Below are positions 1 through 12,057 of a stretch of 64,000 nt of DNA, piece by piece. The stretch lies in contig JBHGNT010000010.1 in assembly GCA_043228905.1 (NCBI GenBank), positions 14,694,001-14,758,000 on the forward strand. Reading direction: 5' to 3'. Origin of the DNA: Azolla caroliniana. Taxonomy: Eukaryota > Plantae > Polypodiophyta. Numbering within the stretch: position 1 is the stretch's first letter; every line of letters starts with the position of its first letter. The notes beneath the pieces were generated by a model. It saw nothing but the letters and a program-made list of their open reading frames with translations, was not told the origin of the DNA and made no database searches. The position numbers were made by a program, and so were the translations under genes.

Positions 1-760
1 ATGATTCTTTAGCTTTGCTATTTTTTTGTTGAGGCATGTACTAATGCATGAGTTGTCTACATGTTCCCACTCTTTGTTGGCATGATGTAAATTCATCAAA
101 GATACTCTCTAGAGCTATCAAATAGAAGACATCAAATCTTTTGGTCAATATATTTCTTCAAAAAACTTCACTCTTTACAAACATTAAGTGAACTCGTGTG
201 TGCTAAGAGTGATTTTCAATGAAGATGACATAATATCTAAATCCACTTAGTGTAATGGTGTGCGTATGCCCCCCCATATATCTAAATGGACGACGTCTAG
301 GAGTCCATTACTCACATTCCAATCCTTTGGAAATGAGTGTTAATTTTGCACACACCACTCACCCTATTTGCTTTGAAGCTCATGAGTCAACTCACAACTC
401 CTCGTCTTTGCATTGTGTTCTTAACTTTTGCAAGTTGATATGACTAATCTATTTGTGCCATATTTTGATGTCAAATGTGTTTCCCCCCATTGGCATGCAT
501 CACAAATTTTACCATGTTGCCTTCAAGTATGAACATCTACCCTCTCTTCTTCAACAAGTGACACTGGCCTTTCTCGATGAAGCATATGTGACTATTGAAT
601 TTAAGTTGCATGCCTTGCTCCACTACATTGTATGGTGGAAACAAGTTCTGTATAATAATGGGAAGATGCAAGTAGTTCTTGATGCACTTCCTTATTTTTG
701 TCATCATTGCTAAATGGGACATCTTGGATGTGGAAAATAGGGTGCTTGGTGTCATCACAT
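1..760 (-). pseudogene. Degenerate Ty1/Copia pol fragment (pre-integrase region and integrase N-terminus)
   Basis: Minus-strand remnants NVVEQGMQLKFNSHICFIEKG (ORF 537-758) and LDVVHLDIWG (about 270-300) align by eye with QIVDQGMQVSFTHLGCFIEKEG and LDLIHSDVWG of the Copia elements in this window. Many stops and frameshifts; limits approximate. Confidence 0.65.
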
Positions 761-2023
761 GTGTCCACGTAGTTGGGTTGCTTGGGTCTTCACAAGTTGT
801 GAAACCATTTGTAGTTACTTGTCAGATTTCTTAGATGCACCCAAGTTGACAAACCATACATTATCTACCACACTAGTGTTTGTTGTTGTAGAGTTTGCTT
901 TATTGCTCATCACAAACATTCCTCCCACAATCTTGATGGTCAAAGTTGGTGCAGCAGTTAGTGAGTTGTTGGCCATTGGCAACATTACTCTTTTTCTTGC
1001 AACAGTTCGCATCAATATGATGAGTCTTGCCACAACACTAGCATTTTGTTTTGCTTTGTCAATTTGAGTTGTTTTTTGAAATTCTCCCTTTTATTTTTCT
1101 CGTCCACTCATGCTTTTGTTTTCATGTCGAGGTTTGGAATCCATGTTTTGTGAATATCATTCTCTACTGCTTAATCATTCTTCTTCCACAACTAACTTGT
1201 CGTTTGAATCTGAATAGAGCACTAGGCTTTTAAAGGTCATAATTTTCATGTGAACATGGTTTTCTTCAACTAACAATGTTGATTAGAAGTTAAAGAGAGA
1301 CGACAATGTTTCTCTAGAGACAATAGTGAGAAGTTATTGAGGCATATCTCCACCATCTATTTCTCACGGACTTGCACGTTGATGGAGGCAAGAGAATCAC
1401 ACAAACAATTGATTTTGAGAGTGTAGTTAAAGAACAATGACGATGTTTCTCTAGAGATGATACCAATTGTCAATGGAATGAGCTCTTATGAAGCATCTCG
1501 TCATCGACTTGGTCATTGACGGAGGCAAGAGAATCACATAAAGATTTGGTTTTGAGGGAATAATTTACATATTCCTTTTGTTGGATGTCAACCACAATAT
1601 CCTTGTCCTAAGTACATATTATATCTCCATAATGCAAATTTACTTTAGTTAAGCTTCCACTTGCAAGAGAGATATTGCATTTGTGTGTTCATCATCAATG
1701 GTGGTTTCATTTTATTTTCTTGCACATTTCTTCACAATGACGAACAACAATAGAACTTTTCCATGCATGAGCAATGTAGGCACACTACAATCGTAGTGAT
1801 CGACCACGTTGATGTGTATAAGACAGTCCTTCGACAAATTGATCACTTCAAGAATAACACACAAGAAACGAAGAGGCTACCTCAATGAATATCCTTCATG
1901 CTCTCATACCATGTTAGTGTATATGTATGCGTGGATGTACATTTAGTATGTACGAGATTTTTATCCAATGTTTCGTTGGTCTTTTATCTCTTTTGTACGC
2001 ACTAAAGTTCATGATTGTAAAAA

Positions 2024-2336
2024 GGGAAAAGTACCAGGATACCCCTAGAAGTTCGTCTATTTACCAGAATGCCCCTAGAAGTTCCAAATTTACCAAACTA
2101 CCCCAATGTCCCAAAAATTACACTTTATAAAGTAATTATACACTCAAATCTACAAGCCCTATTTACCAAAGATGGAAGAAATGGACCCGAACTAGCCTTA
2201 TTTACCAAAGATTTGAGTGTATAATTACTTTATAAAGTGTAATTTTTTGGACATAGGGGTAGTTTGGTAAATTTGGAACTTCCAGGGGCATTGTGGTAAA
2301 TAGACAAACTTCCGGGGGTATCCTGGTACTTTTCCC
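2024..2336. mobile_element. Mutator-like MITE (foldback, 313 bp)
   Basis: About 125-bp near-perfect terminal inverted repeats GGGAAAAGTACCAGGATACCCC...GGGGTATCCTGGTACTTTTCCC. Exact 9-bp TSD TTGTAAAAA at 2015-2023 and 2337-2345. Confidence 0.9.
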
Positions 2337-5300
2337 TTGTAAAAATCAATTGTCGAAGTCAATGAACTTATATAAAGCCCAAATTTGCAAAAACTAGAAA
2401 GGAGTCATACATATTTATATAAGCTTCGTTGTTATGACAATAGCTCCAACGAATCGAGTTTCTAAGTTCGTCACATCAATGTTATATCGTTCACCTACTA
2501 CGAATAAAGCTAAAGTTAAAAACTTGTTCAATATGAACAAGTCGACGACAGTTCTGGATTATAAAGGTTGTCACTATTCTTTGTTTTGAATATTTAGAAA
2601 ACATCTATAGATCAGTCCAATGCATCACTATTAATTATTGAATCACAATATTTTGATGAAGGTATACATGCACACCCAAGTAAGGAAAATTATTGTCACA
2701 ATAGGTGTTTTAATGTACAAACATCATGTTTCTTTTTGAAGTAATGTTATTGCAACATGGTCAAACGTATTTAACTCGATGACAACTTTTCGTGACAAAT
2801 GATGATCAAGTGGTAATGAAAAGGAGAAATGTTTGGGCTTTAATGGATGCTTTAACAAGAGCATTCCGGTTGTATGAAAAGCTATTCTCATAAATTTGAA
2901 CTCGGGGGAAGCATATGCTTAACATCAACTCTAACCCACTTTAGACCATGCCTTCGGTTATCATCATATATAGCAACGCCTCAAAATTTTTATGGAAATC
3001 AATGCTTTCAAACCTGGACAAAATAACATTACCTTGGTGATTCGATTAACGACATTTCTTGTGACAAAACAAAAGGGGAAAAAGGCCATTTATATCATTT
3101 ATCCTCGAACAACGTATTTCATCTATTTGGGGGACTGTTTCAAATAAAACAACATGATTTTTCGGCATAATATATTTGATCACACATGTGATATTGTGTA
3201 AATGCATATCACCATAGAACTAGATGTTCACGGAAAGATCGTCTTCAATTACATGGAGTAAAAGCTAAGGGACTTCTTCGTAAGAGACAACCCTTTTAAT
3301 ACTTGATTGGGGAACTCACGGTCGAAATATAAAATGGGTTTAAATCAGGAAGGTTCTTTTGTGGCCACAAAATCTATTTTTAAGGACTTGTGGCCACCTT
3401 ACCTAAATTGTAAGGCTTATTAAAATGCATCTCATGGATGGTGAAGATATTATTCATGAGTTTCAAAGTAGGCCATGAATTTTATCCTTACTTTTTTGGA
3501 AAAAAATAAAAATAAAAATAAATTATCCTTACGATGTTGGGTACAAACTTGAAGAAAGTTTGAAAAAGTGCTCATACCAAGGGTTGTTCAAGGGTAATGA
3601 CCTCTTTTTACTAGGCAATCTTTTTCTTTTACGCCCGGAATGCTTTTGCTCAATGGCCGACAGCCAATTGGTGGCTTTCTCATTGATAACACCACCAATA
3701 CATTACATACGAGTGTAAAGTCTAAGATAAAATCTATTTGCTTCATTTGTTACAACTATCGGGAAAATGATGTTGTCACTTTGTGATTCTTGTGGTATTC
3801 TTTGAAACGATCCCCCCCCCCCTTCCTCTAGTGGTCACATATTACTATTTCCTTGACTTCTTTTTCTTTCTACTTTATTATCGATGTGCAAATTTTGAGT
3901 CCCAATAACCAATTGCTCAACCCCATGGACCTCGTGAGCCTTTCTCAAAAAACAATACATATCGAGTTCCCAATCTCCTAGTGGTCCAAGTGATGAATTG
4001 TGCTCCTTTCCATGCCTTAGGGATAGTCACTTTTGAATGGGATTGTAGCTGGTCAAAGACTGTGCTTGGGGTTTCACATCCTTTATTTCTTTTCTTTCTT
4101 GCTTTTCATCGATGGGAGACATGTGCAACGAAGTGGGTGAACATGTCCCTTTCTCCCACGGGCGCAATGAAATTGAGGAGTGGTTTATTCAATGTTCCGA
4201 TATTACGTGTCCATGAACTTTAGGGAGGTATGCCAACCATTCATAGTTGTGTTATTCCGAGTTTCAACATATATTATATATTATATTTATATAAGTGTGT
4301 AAGATAGAAATCCTTATAAGGCCTTTGTATTTAACTTTGATACCTTATTATTTGCTCCACCATCCGTATTCTAATATATTTTGCCAAAACAATGTCTATC
4401 CACTACAGTATGTCATGGAAACAAGATATGTCAAAGATAACATAAAGACTAAGAATATAAAAACGCATGGAAATGGAACCAAGATCCCATCAAAGAAAGA
4501 CAATACTCATCACTTTTCTTTTGCACAGAAACAAAGTAGATGGTGTTGTATGGACAATTGAAATCTAAGGATGCCTATTCCATTTCCATACATGAAAGCA
4601 ACATGTGGACACAGTCACACATACCATGTGTGACTTTGCACACAATATTCCAATTTATACCCCACCTCTTTCGATTTGTCACCATGTAGAGAATGTACGA
4701 AAACTCTATCCCTTGTATGAACTCATCCAAGTTTTATAGCATCCGACTTTTATAGGCTGCCAACCTAAGGATCTAGATCTATGTAATTTCGATGAGTAGA
4801 AAAAGGGTGTTCCTACATTTTTTTTGTTGAACAAAAATGCACAGGTGGCAAGGAGTGGAAATATTGCCCAAGTAAGTTACCCTTTGTAACCCATTAGTAT
4901 TGAAATGGTGCAGTACTCTAGTTCAAATGTAATATATTGAGTACAAGTTGTTTTAAGCAATGGGTTCTTTCTCTCGTGTACTCTTACAATAAAGAGCTAG
5001 CGTCAATATATGCGCAGAAAGTGCGGGCTTGAAGTAAAAAACACAATGCTTGCGTAGATGCACTTCTAAGCAAATCAATCAAACATATTGCAAGCAATGT
5101 TGTTTTGTGTACCTCTTACATTATTCCATCCATTTAGTAGATGTTTATTTGTCAAATAGCATGAATTTGATTGTGTTAATGGATCACTATATACCTTGGG
5201 TTCATTCATAAAGTGATGGTAATTGATGGATGGCAAGTTATGTCGAAATGTCCATGAGCACTTCCCAATGCATCACAAAATTCATTCACATGTGGATAAG

Positions 5301-5443
5301 ACAAATGTGGCAACCTAACCCATAATGGCCATGTGAACTTGACACCATTCTCACCTTCCTTTGTCATGGAACTACCTGCACTCTCCACTGAAAATGCTTG
5401 AACTTGAGCATCAAAAGATGAATGAGCAAAACAAACGATAACC

Positions 5444-5590
5444 ACAAACACATGTCACGAAAGCACAAACTTGAACCAAAGAATTATTACTAGCCTTGAT
5501 ACAATAGCCAAGGAAACTACAAACACGTGTCACGAAAGCTACAAACTTGAACGAAAGAATTACTACTAGCCTTGACACAACAACCAAGAT
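5444..5590. repeat. Tandem duplication, about 75-bp unit x2
   Basis: ACAAACAC(A/G)TGTCACGAAAGC..ACAAACTTGAAC..AAAGAATTA..TACTAGCCTTGA occurs twice. Confidence 0.8.
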
Positions 5591-5737
5591 ACTTCGCTAC
5601 TTGATGATGTGGTTTGAGAGGCATATGTTTTTGGATGATGTTGGCATGCCACAATATCATTGTTGTCTACAAGTTGAAAATCGGACAGGAAAGTCAAGCA
5701 AGCCCAAAATGTGTGCAATATAGCAAGTCCAAAGAGC

Positions 5738-5841
5738 TTCTTGGGGAAGAGGGGAGAGCACAAAATGTGAGTTCTTGGGGAAGAGGGGAGAGCACAAAAT
5801 GCGAGTTCTTGGGGAAGAGGAGAGAGCACAAAATGCGAGTT
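5738..5841. repeat. Minisatellite, 34-bp unit x3
   Basis: TTCTTGGGGAAGAGGGGAGAGCACAAAATG(T/C)GAG repeated three times head to tail with no spacers. Confidence 0.9.
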
Positions 5842-5984
5842 TAGTGAAGTGTGAACAACAAAAGGAAGCTCGTCTCAATGAGTCACTGCATGGGCGGGCA
5901 GCCGTGCATCCCAGCCACCACCGGTGGTGGTGGTGGGACTGGAGCCTCTTACATGCAAATCGTGTTACTACAAACATATAAAAA

Positions 5985-6207
5985 CACACACATACATACA
6001 ATAGTACATACATACATACATACAATAGTACATACATACATACATACATACATACAATAGTACATACACACATACATACATACATACATACATAACATAC
6101 ATATATGTATACATAGATGGATGGATTGGATGGAGGGGCGAATTCCGGTAAATGTCTAGCGTGGAGGAGATGATATGTATGTATGTATGTCACACAATGG
6201 GGACGAA

Positions 6208-6239
<32 letters not shown>

Positions 6240-6301
6240 GGGGGTAGGTCTAGAGAGAGAGAGAGAGAGAGAGTATTGCGAGTTTCTAGAAAGGGCGATT
6301 C

Positions 6302-6334
<33 letters not shown>
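5985..6334. repeat. Compound microsatellites (TACA)n and (GA)n
   Basis: Directly visible repeat tracts. Confidence 0.9.
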
Positions 6335-6335
<1 letters not shown>

Positions 6336-6572
6336 ATTGCATTGAATTTAGAGAGCGCGAGTCGACGGTGGTTGGGCCGGTTTAGGGGTTTATTTAGCTT
6401 CTCGGTTTGTTTATTTTAATTTTTTAGGGTTGCTTTTTTTTTAGCTGCTGCTGCTGCTTCTTCTTCTTTCTTTTCATTTTTTTTGTTTAGGGTTCCTTTT
6501 TAAGGAAAAGCGAAGAAGAAAAAAAAAACAGAAGGAAAAGAAGAGAAGAGAAAGGGCGGGTCGCGGTCATTG

Positions 6573-6762
6573 CCACGCGTGGGGGGAGGGGGGGGGGGTC
6601 TCCGGTCAAAAGTGGATATTTGACCAGGAAAGGGTCGGTTTTGTCGTGACGCGCCCAACACAGCTCAGCTGACGTGGCAAGCCACGTAGGCTCGCGGCCC
6701 TGGCGGTCTTCGGTCGTCGCCTGCCTTTTTCTTTTTTTTTCTCTCGTTTTGGAACCGCGCCT
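6573..6762 (+). promoter_or_regulatory. Putative proximal promoter of the U-box gene with W-box, ABRE/G-box and CGCG motifs
   Basis: GGTCAA 6604-6609 and TTGACC 6620-6625 (W-box pair). Inverted ACGTGGC-AA-GCCACGT at 6672-6687. Several CGCG cores (about 6576, 6650, 6693, 6756). TA-rich TATA-like stretch at about 6836-6853. Function is inferred from motif consensus only. Confidence 0.5.
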
Positions 6763-6881
6763 GCTTCCACCCACCCTCTCTCGTGAATAAATAATAAAAA
6801 TATAAATAAATAAATAAATAAAACAGAAAAACAAATATATCTATATGTATATATTTTTTCTCCCTCTCCTTTTTATCGATA

Positions 6882-6915
<34 letters not shown>

Positions 6916-7003
6916 TCTTTCTCTCTCTCTCTCTCTTCTCTCTGTACTGTTCGTCTTCTTCTTGTTCTGTTCCTTCTTCTTCTTTCCTCTGTTTTTGTTC
7001 AAA

Positions 7004-7054
7004 ATGGCTCCCCTCCTTCTGTTCAAGAAGGTCTCCATAGCTTCCTTATCATAA
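7004..7054 (+). other. Candidate uORF (MAPLLLFKKVSIASLS) in the U-box gene 5' leader
   Basis: The only ATG seen between the TATA-like region and the main ATG; strong context aaaATGG. Confidence 0.35.
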
Positions 7055-7430
7055 TACATACACACAGTCCCTCTCATCTCCACAAGCTCTGACTTCTCTT
7101 CCTTTCTTCTTATTCTTCTCTTTTGACCTATCCTTGCTTAATACTATCTATCTGCAATCAATCACTCCCATCTCGCCATAGCCAAAGAGCTTTTGATCAT
7201 CCCATCTGATCTCTCTCTCTCTCTCTCTCTCTCGTATTTCTCTTCAAACCTTCCGATCATATCCCCCCCTAATCATTCACCTGAAGCACCGCCATAGCCA
7301 ATTCCATCATCGTCTCCAACATCACCACCATCAGCATTGCGGCCATAGCCACGACCTCAAAGCTCCACATCTACAACCAGACCTTCCTTTATTTTTTATC
7401 TTGCTCTTTCTGTTTCTCAAGGTTCAGAGA

Positions 7431-9059
7431 ATGCCCGCTCCTCGACCCCTCTCCCCACTAAACCTAAACATCCAAATCCCTCTCCATTTCCGATGCCCTA
7501 TTTCTCTGGAGCTCATGAAAGACCCCGTCATTCTCTGCACGGGTCAGACCTACGACCGATCAAGCATCGAGAAATGGGTCGCCAGCGGCAACACCACCTG
7601 CCCCGTGACTATGCAGAAGCTCGACGATTTCATTACCTTCATCCCTAACCACACCCTGCGCCGTCTCATTCAAGAATGGTGCGTCGCAAATCGATCAAGA
7701 GGAGTCGAGAGAATCCCTACCCCGAAGCAACCTGCAGATCTGAACACCATCCGAGCTTTCATGGCGGAGCTTGCCCCCACTTGTGGTAACGGTGATGATG
7801 AGAGCGAGGTTGGGAGGAGGATCTCTGCATTGCGGAGCTTAAGGAACCTCGCTAAAGAAGGCGAGAAAAACCGAGCTTTGATGGTGGAAGCTGGTGTGGT
7901 ACCGGCAGTTCTCGCTGCAGTGTTTGATGACATCAAAGAAGAAGAAGAAGAAGAAACAGGAGAAATAAATACAGAAGAAGAAGAAGAAGAAGAAGAAGAA
8001 GATACGGAAGGAGATACAGAAGAAGAAACCGAAACAGAAACAGAAACCGAAACCGAAACAGAAGGAAGCTGCAGCAGCAGCGATGGAGATGGAGATCTTG
8101 ACAGTATACTGTATAAACTAGATCTGAAAAAGATTAACAAGAAGAAGAAGAAGAAGAAGGGAGGGAGATCAGCGAAGACGACGCCGCCTATGATTTGTGG
8201 ATCTGTGGCGGAAGAAGCCTTAGCTACCATCGTTACGCTGCCGATTCGAGACACAGAAAGGTGTGATGCCGCGAGGCCGAGGCGGCTGCGATTCCTGTCA
8301 GAAGTCCTGAGGAGGGGCAGGAGCATGGAGGCGAGGGTGAACGCGGCGTCACTGATCGAGATGATGAGCGACTCGAGGGAGCATCAGGAGATGCGGGTGA
8401 AGCTGGCGATGACAGAGGGAGTGATGGAAGGTCTGGTGGAGCTTCTGCGGCAAGGGGCCACGGGGGGAGATCCAGGGAACAACAACAACAGTGAAGAGGC
8501 GATGGCGATGAAGAAGACGACGAAGGCGAAGGCGAAATCGGCGAAGGCGGCTATGGCGTCGACCTCGTCGTCGAGGTGTGTGAAGGTCGCCATTAAAGCT
8601 CTGTTCTCGCTGTGTCTGAGGAGGCAAGGGAAGGAGAGGGCGGTGGAGGCGGGGGCGCCGGAGGCTTTGATCGAGAGGCTGCCGGAGACTGTGGCGGATC
8701 GGGGGGATGCAGAGAGGGCTCTGGGGGCGATCGAGCTCCTGTGCACCACAGAGGGGGGAGTTATGGCGGTGGCCGGCCACGCCATGTCTGTGCAGGTCCT
8801 GGTCCGCCTCATCCTCAAGGTCTCCGGCAGGGCCACTGAATTCGCCACCGGATCCTTACTCGCCATCTGCAGCTTCTCTGAGAGATTGCAGAGAGAAGCT
8901 GTGCGCGCAGGCATCGTCAAGGAGCTCCTCCTGTTGATGCAGAGCGATTGTACCCACCGCGCCAAGACCAAAGCCATGAACCTGCTCAAGCTCCTCCGTG
9001 GCTCCTATGATCAATCCGTCATGCCTGAATATGGACGCACTGATGTTGTTCCTTTCTGA
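7431..9059 (+). CDS. Plant U-box/ARM-repeat E3 ubiquitin ligase (CMPG1/PUB25-26-like), intronless, 542 aa
   Basis: U-box IPLHFRCPISLELMKDPVILCTGQTYDRSSIEKW...TCPVTMQ...PNHTLRRLIQEWC, then the class-typical ERIPTPKQP motif, ARM repeats and C-terminal LLLLMQSDCTHRAKTKAMNLLKLL. First ATG at 7431 (the ORF track starts at an upstream TTG). Confidence 0.95.
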   Translation: MPAPRPLSPLNLNIQIPLHFRCPISLELMKDPVILCTGQTYDRSSIEKWVASGNTTCPVTMQKLDDFITFIPNHTLRRLIQEWCVANRSRGVERIPTPKQPADLNTIRAFMAELAPTCGNGDDESEVGRRISALRSLRNLAKEGEKNRALMVEAGVVPAVLAAVFDDIKEEEEEETGEINTEEEEEEEEEDTEGDTEEETETETETETETEGSCSSSDGDGDLDSILYKLDLKKINKKKKKKKGGRSAKTTPPMICGSVAEEALATIVTLPIRDTERCDAARPRRLRFLSEVLRRGRSMEARVNAASLIEMMSDSREHQEMRVKLAMTEGVMEGLVELLRQGATGGDPGNNNNSEEAMAMKKTTKAKAKSAKAAMASTSSSRCVKVAIKALFSLCLRRQGKERAVEAGAPEALIERLPETVADRGDAERALGAIELLCTTEGGVMAVAGHAMSVQVLVRLILKVSGRATEFATGSLLAICSFSERLQREAVRAGIVKELLLLMQSDCTHRAKTKAMNLLKLLRGSYDQSVMPEYGRTDVVPF

Positions 9060-11610
9060 TTTCTCCCTCCCCCTCCCCCTCCCTTACCTTACCTTACCTT
9101 CTCTTCCTCTCTCCCTTTTTAATTCATCAGGACCAAAAAAAAAACGAAGAAGCTTTCGTTGCCATCGCCATCGCCATCGCCATACATTCCTCCTGTTTTC
9201 TTCAGGAAGGAAAATATGCTTTTGCTTCACCACGAAAGCTCCTCCACTTGCCAAATGATTCCTTTGGATTGCGAGACTTTGAATTAGGCGATTCATATGT
9301 TGTCCATAGCTTAGGTGGATCTTTTTCCTCCCTCTTCTTATCCACCAGAGGCATTGACACTGCAATTGTCGGTCTGGTCTGGTCTGGTCTGTCGACATAG
9401 CCATAGCTTCGTATGCAGCAGAGAAATGGCGAGAGCACAGCAGTACAAGTCCTGCATCTTCAATAATGTCGGAAGCGTCCTTCACAGAAAGGCCAGATCC
9501 TGCTGCTTCTTTTGCTGTACTGCAGAAAATAGCCAAAATCAGATCGTTACAGCTGGATCTCTGAGTTCTTCTGCGCAGGGAATATGGCGTCACAATTAGC
9601 ACAGGTTCCATCTAATTTCTCTTCTTGTTCTTCATCAGAAATAACTTCAATGGCCATAGCTTCCATGGCATGTTCTACACCGTTACTAGTGACCACAACC
9701 CTGCCTTTTAACATCAGAAGCTTCAATGGCCATCGCCATAAGTTGTTGCTTCTTCTTTATCCTGTGCACTGGAAATATAGACATAGCTTCCGCTCTTCTA
9801 TCGCCATAAAATCATTGGCCCTAAACCTCTGGAGAGATCGTAACTATAAACAGACAAAAAAGAGTAAAAGATGTAAATCTGAACCAAAGATCAATCTTTA
9901 CCAGAAAGATCGGAGAATTCTCCCCCTAGCCAAGAGCAGTTACAGTGACATCCTATCTATATAGTCTTTTCGCCATAGCCATCTCTGCAGACTTCTATCT
10001 GTGCATCCAGAACTGATCAGAATCCGGTTCTATGTTGGCCATGTCCATCGCTGCTAACCTCTACATTCTATCCCTGCGATTTGAAAGAAAACCTAATTTC
10101 TTCCTGTGTAATGTCGTCTTCTTCCTCATCATTCCCTTTGCTTTGTACTTTCCCGTGTATATACATATGTTCAAAAATCTGTTTCATCAACAAAAAGGCC
10201 CTAATTTTGTTTCGTTCCTTCGGAAGAAACCCTGATTGTTATTTACTTTTTGTTCTATCAGTCCATCAGAATGTTATGTTTTTCCTTACACGCAGGAAAA
10301 CGGAACCCTAATTGTTAGGTTTCGTGTCTATTCAAGTAAGATTACAACGCCCCGCAAGTCTGTTTTCCTTCCTACGTGCAATCAAGGAGACGGAACCCTA
10401 ATTCTGTGTAATATTAGCCCTAATTGCATTCGGCAGGGGATACGAAAACAAAACCCTAAATCGATGTCTGCTTCTGCTTCTCCTCCTCCTTCCATTTGCT
10501 CGTGTTATTCATGAACGGATTGAAGAAGAGGAAGAGTCTATTTTTCTGTTTCTTTTCTTAAGGTCCAAGGTTCAAATCCTAATGGGAAACCTGTGCATTC
10601 ATCTTCCTTTTTCAGTGTTAATTAATTGTATTGTAAGTGTTGCTTAAACATTAGGTTCCAAGGGAAATTGGACCTAATGTTTGTCACTTGGATGAATTTG
10701 TGTCTCGCGTGGACGAGTTGTGCAATTTGGCCTGTAGTGGTGAACAAATGGCTGAATCCACTCGGCCAATTCATGCATTCAGGCATTACACGTATGTTTG
10801 TTCAATCGCATGAGATAAAGCCATGCTCGAGTAATCCCCACTCTTCTTTTATGATTCTCAAGCACCCCAGAAGAAGTTTGTTGATTTGGTATAAATAAAG
10901 GTTTGGGGTTCGATCACTCTTTTGAGACTTGGTCGATCACATGTGTTCGAGAGAGTATCGAACACTCGACTCCATGAATGTGGGGCTACTTGGTTAGCAG
11001 TGATGTTGAATGACAGAAGGTTTGAATTTTGAGTCATGATAGAGTGAGTCCTTCCAACATTTTCTAACATACTCCCATCAACATGAATGTTGGATGAGTT
11101 ACCCTTCCAACGCCATCACAATGACCTTTGTTGATCTATCATGTCCACATATCATTGATCAAGTAGGATGAGGTGATGGGTGACAATCAAGAGTGCAATC
11201 TTTGAGTCAATGTGGCGACCATTGTTGATTTACCACGTCAACATATCACCGAGCAATAGGATGATGTGATGGGTGATAATCAAGTGTGCAATCTTGAGCA
11301 TTGACTGCAACATATCAAAACCTTCTTAGGACCCCAACATATGGTTGTGCTTGCAAGATGAGTTACCCCTCCAATATCAACATATCAACGATTATTCACT
11401 TACCATGAAAGCCATTAACGAATGGTAGGATTTGATGACACTTTAAATGTCTCCACAATGACAGTCAAGATTGCAATCTTGAACACCAATTAAGAAATGT
11501 CAAAACCTTATGCTACGAACCTAGATTTACTTATGCACATAGGTTGGTTGCACCTCTTTGCTCATTTACCATGTCAATGTATCACCAAACCATAGGATGA
11601 GGCACAAAAT

Positions 11611-12057
11611 AAAATTGTCCACAATGACAATCAAGATAGCTAAATCATTTAATGAAGAACACGAAAACAATAATCACAAGACCAATAGGAAGAATTAACG
11701 AGGGACAAGAGCAACTTGGTAACAAGCCATACGATGAGGCATAGAGTAAATTTGTCCACAATGATAATCAAGATAGCTAGATAATTTATGGAAGAACATC
11801 AAAACAATAATCATATGACCAATTGGAAGAATTAACGAGGGACAGGAGCAACTTGATAACACTTTTCTTATGCTAACACTTCGTATGTAGAAGTAGGCAT
11901 TATAGTTCCTCAAATACTATAGGAACTTTTGATATTACCCCTTATATATAATAATCAAGCCAATACTTTGCTATGTAGAAGTAGGCATTATAGTTCCTCA
12001 AATACTATAGGAACTTTTGATATTACCCCTTATACATAATAATCAAGCCAATACTTT
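11611..12057. repeat. Two adjacent tandem duplications (about 138-bp x2 and about 89-bp x2)
   Basis: TTGTCCACAATGA.AATCAAGATAGCTA... at about 11614 and 11752. TATGTAGAAGTAGGCATTATAGTTCCTCAAATACTATAGGAAC... at about 11884 and 11973. Confidence 0.85.

Noticed and set aside
2600-3400. Possible LINE reverse transcriptase remnant
   Set aside because: Only faint resemblance to LINE RT motifs; too decayed to support without an HMM search.
5206-5451. ORF with PLWVRLPHL resembling LINE ORF1
   Set aside because: A single short motif with no zinc knuckle or other support.
5738-5841. Regular 34-bp repeats as a possible CRISPR array
   Set aside because: Head-to-tail with no unique spacers, eukaryotic context and no cas genes.
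5657-7083. Long ORFs of 68-226 aa upstream of the U-box gene
   Set aside because: They are translations of (GA)n, (TACA)n and (CT)n microsatellites with no domain content.
7670-8989. Antisense and alternative-frame ORFs over the U-box gene
   Set aside because: Shadow ORFs of a GC-rich, repeat-containing coding region.
9084-10514. ORFs downstream of the U-box gene as a separate gene
   Set aside because: No recognisable domain or splice structure; most likely 3' UTR or flank.
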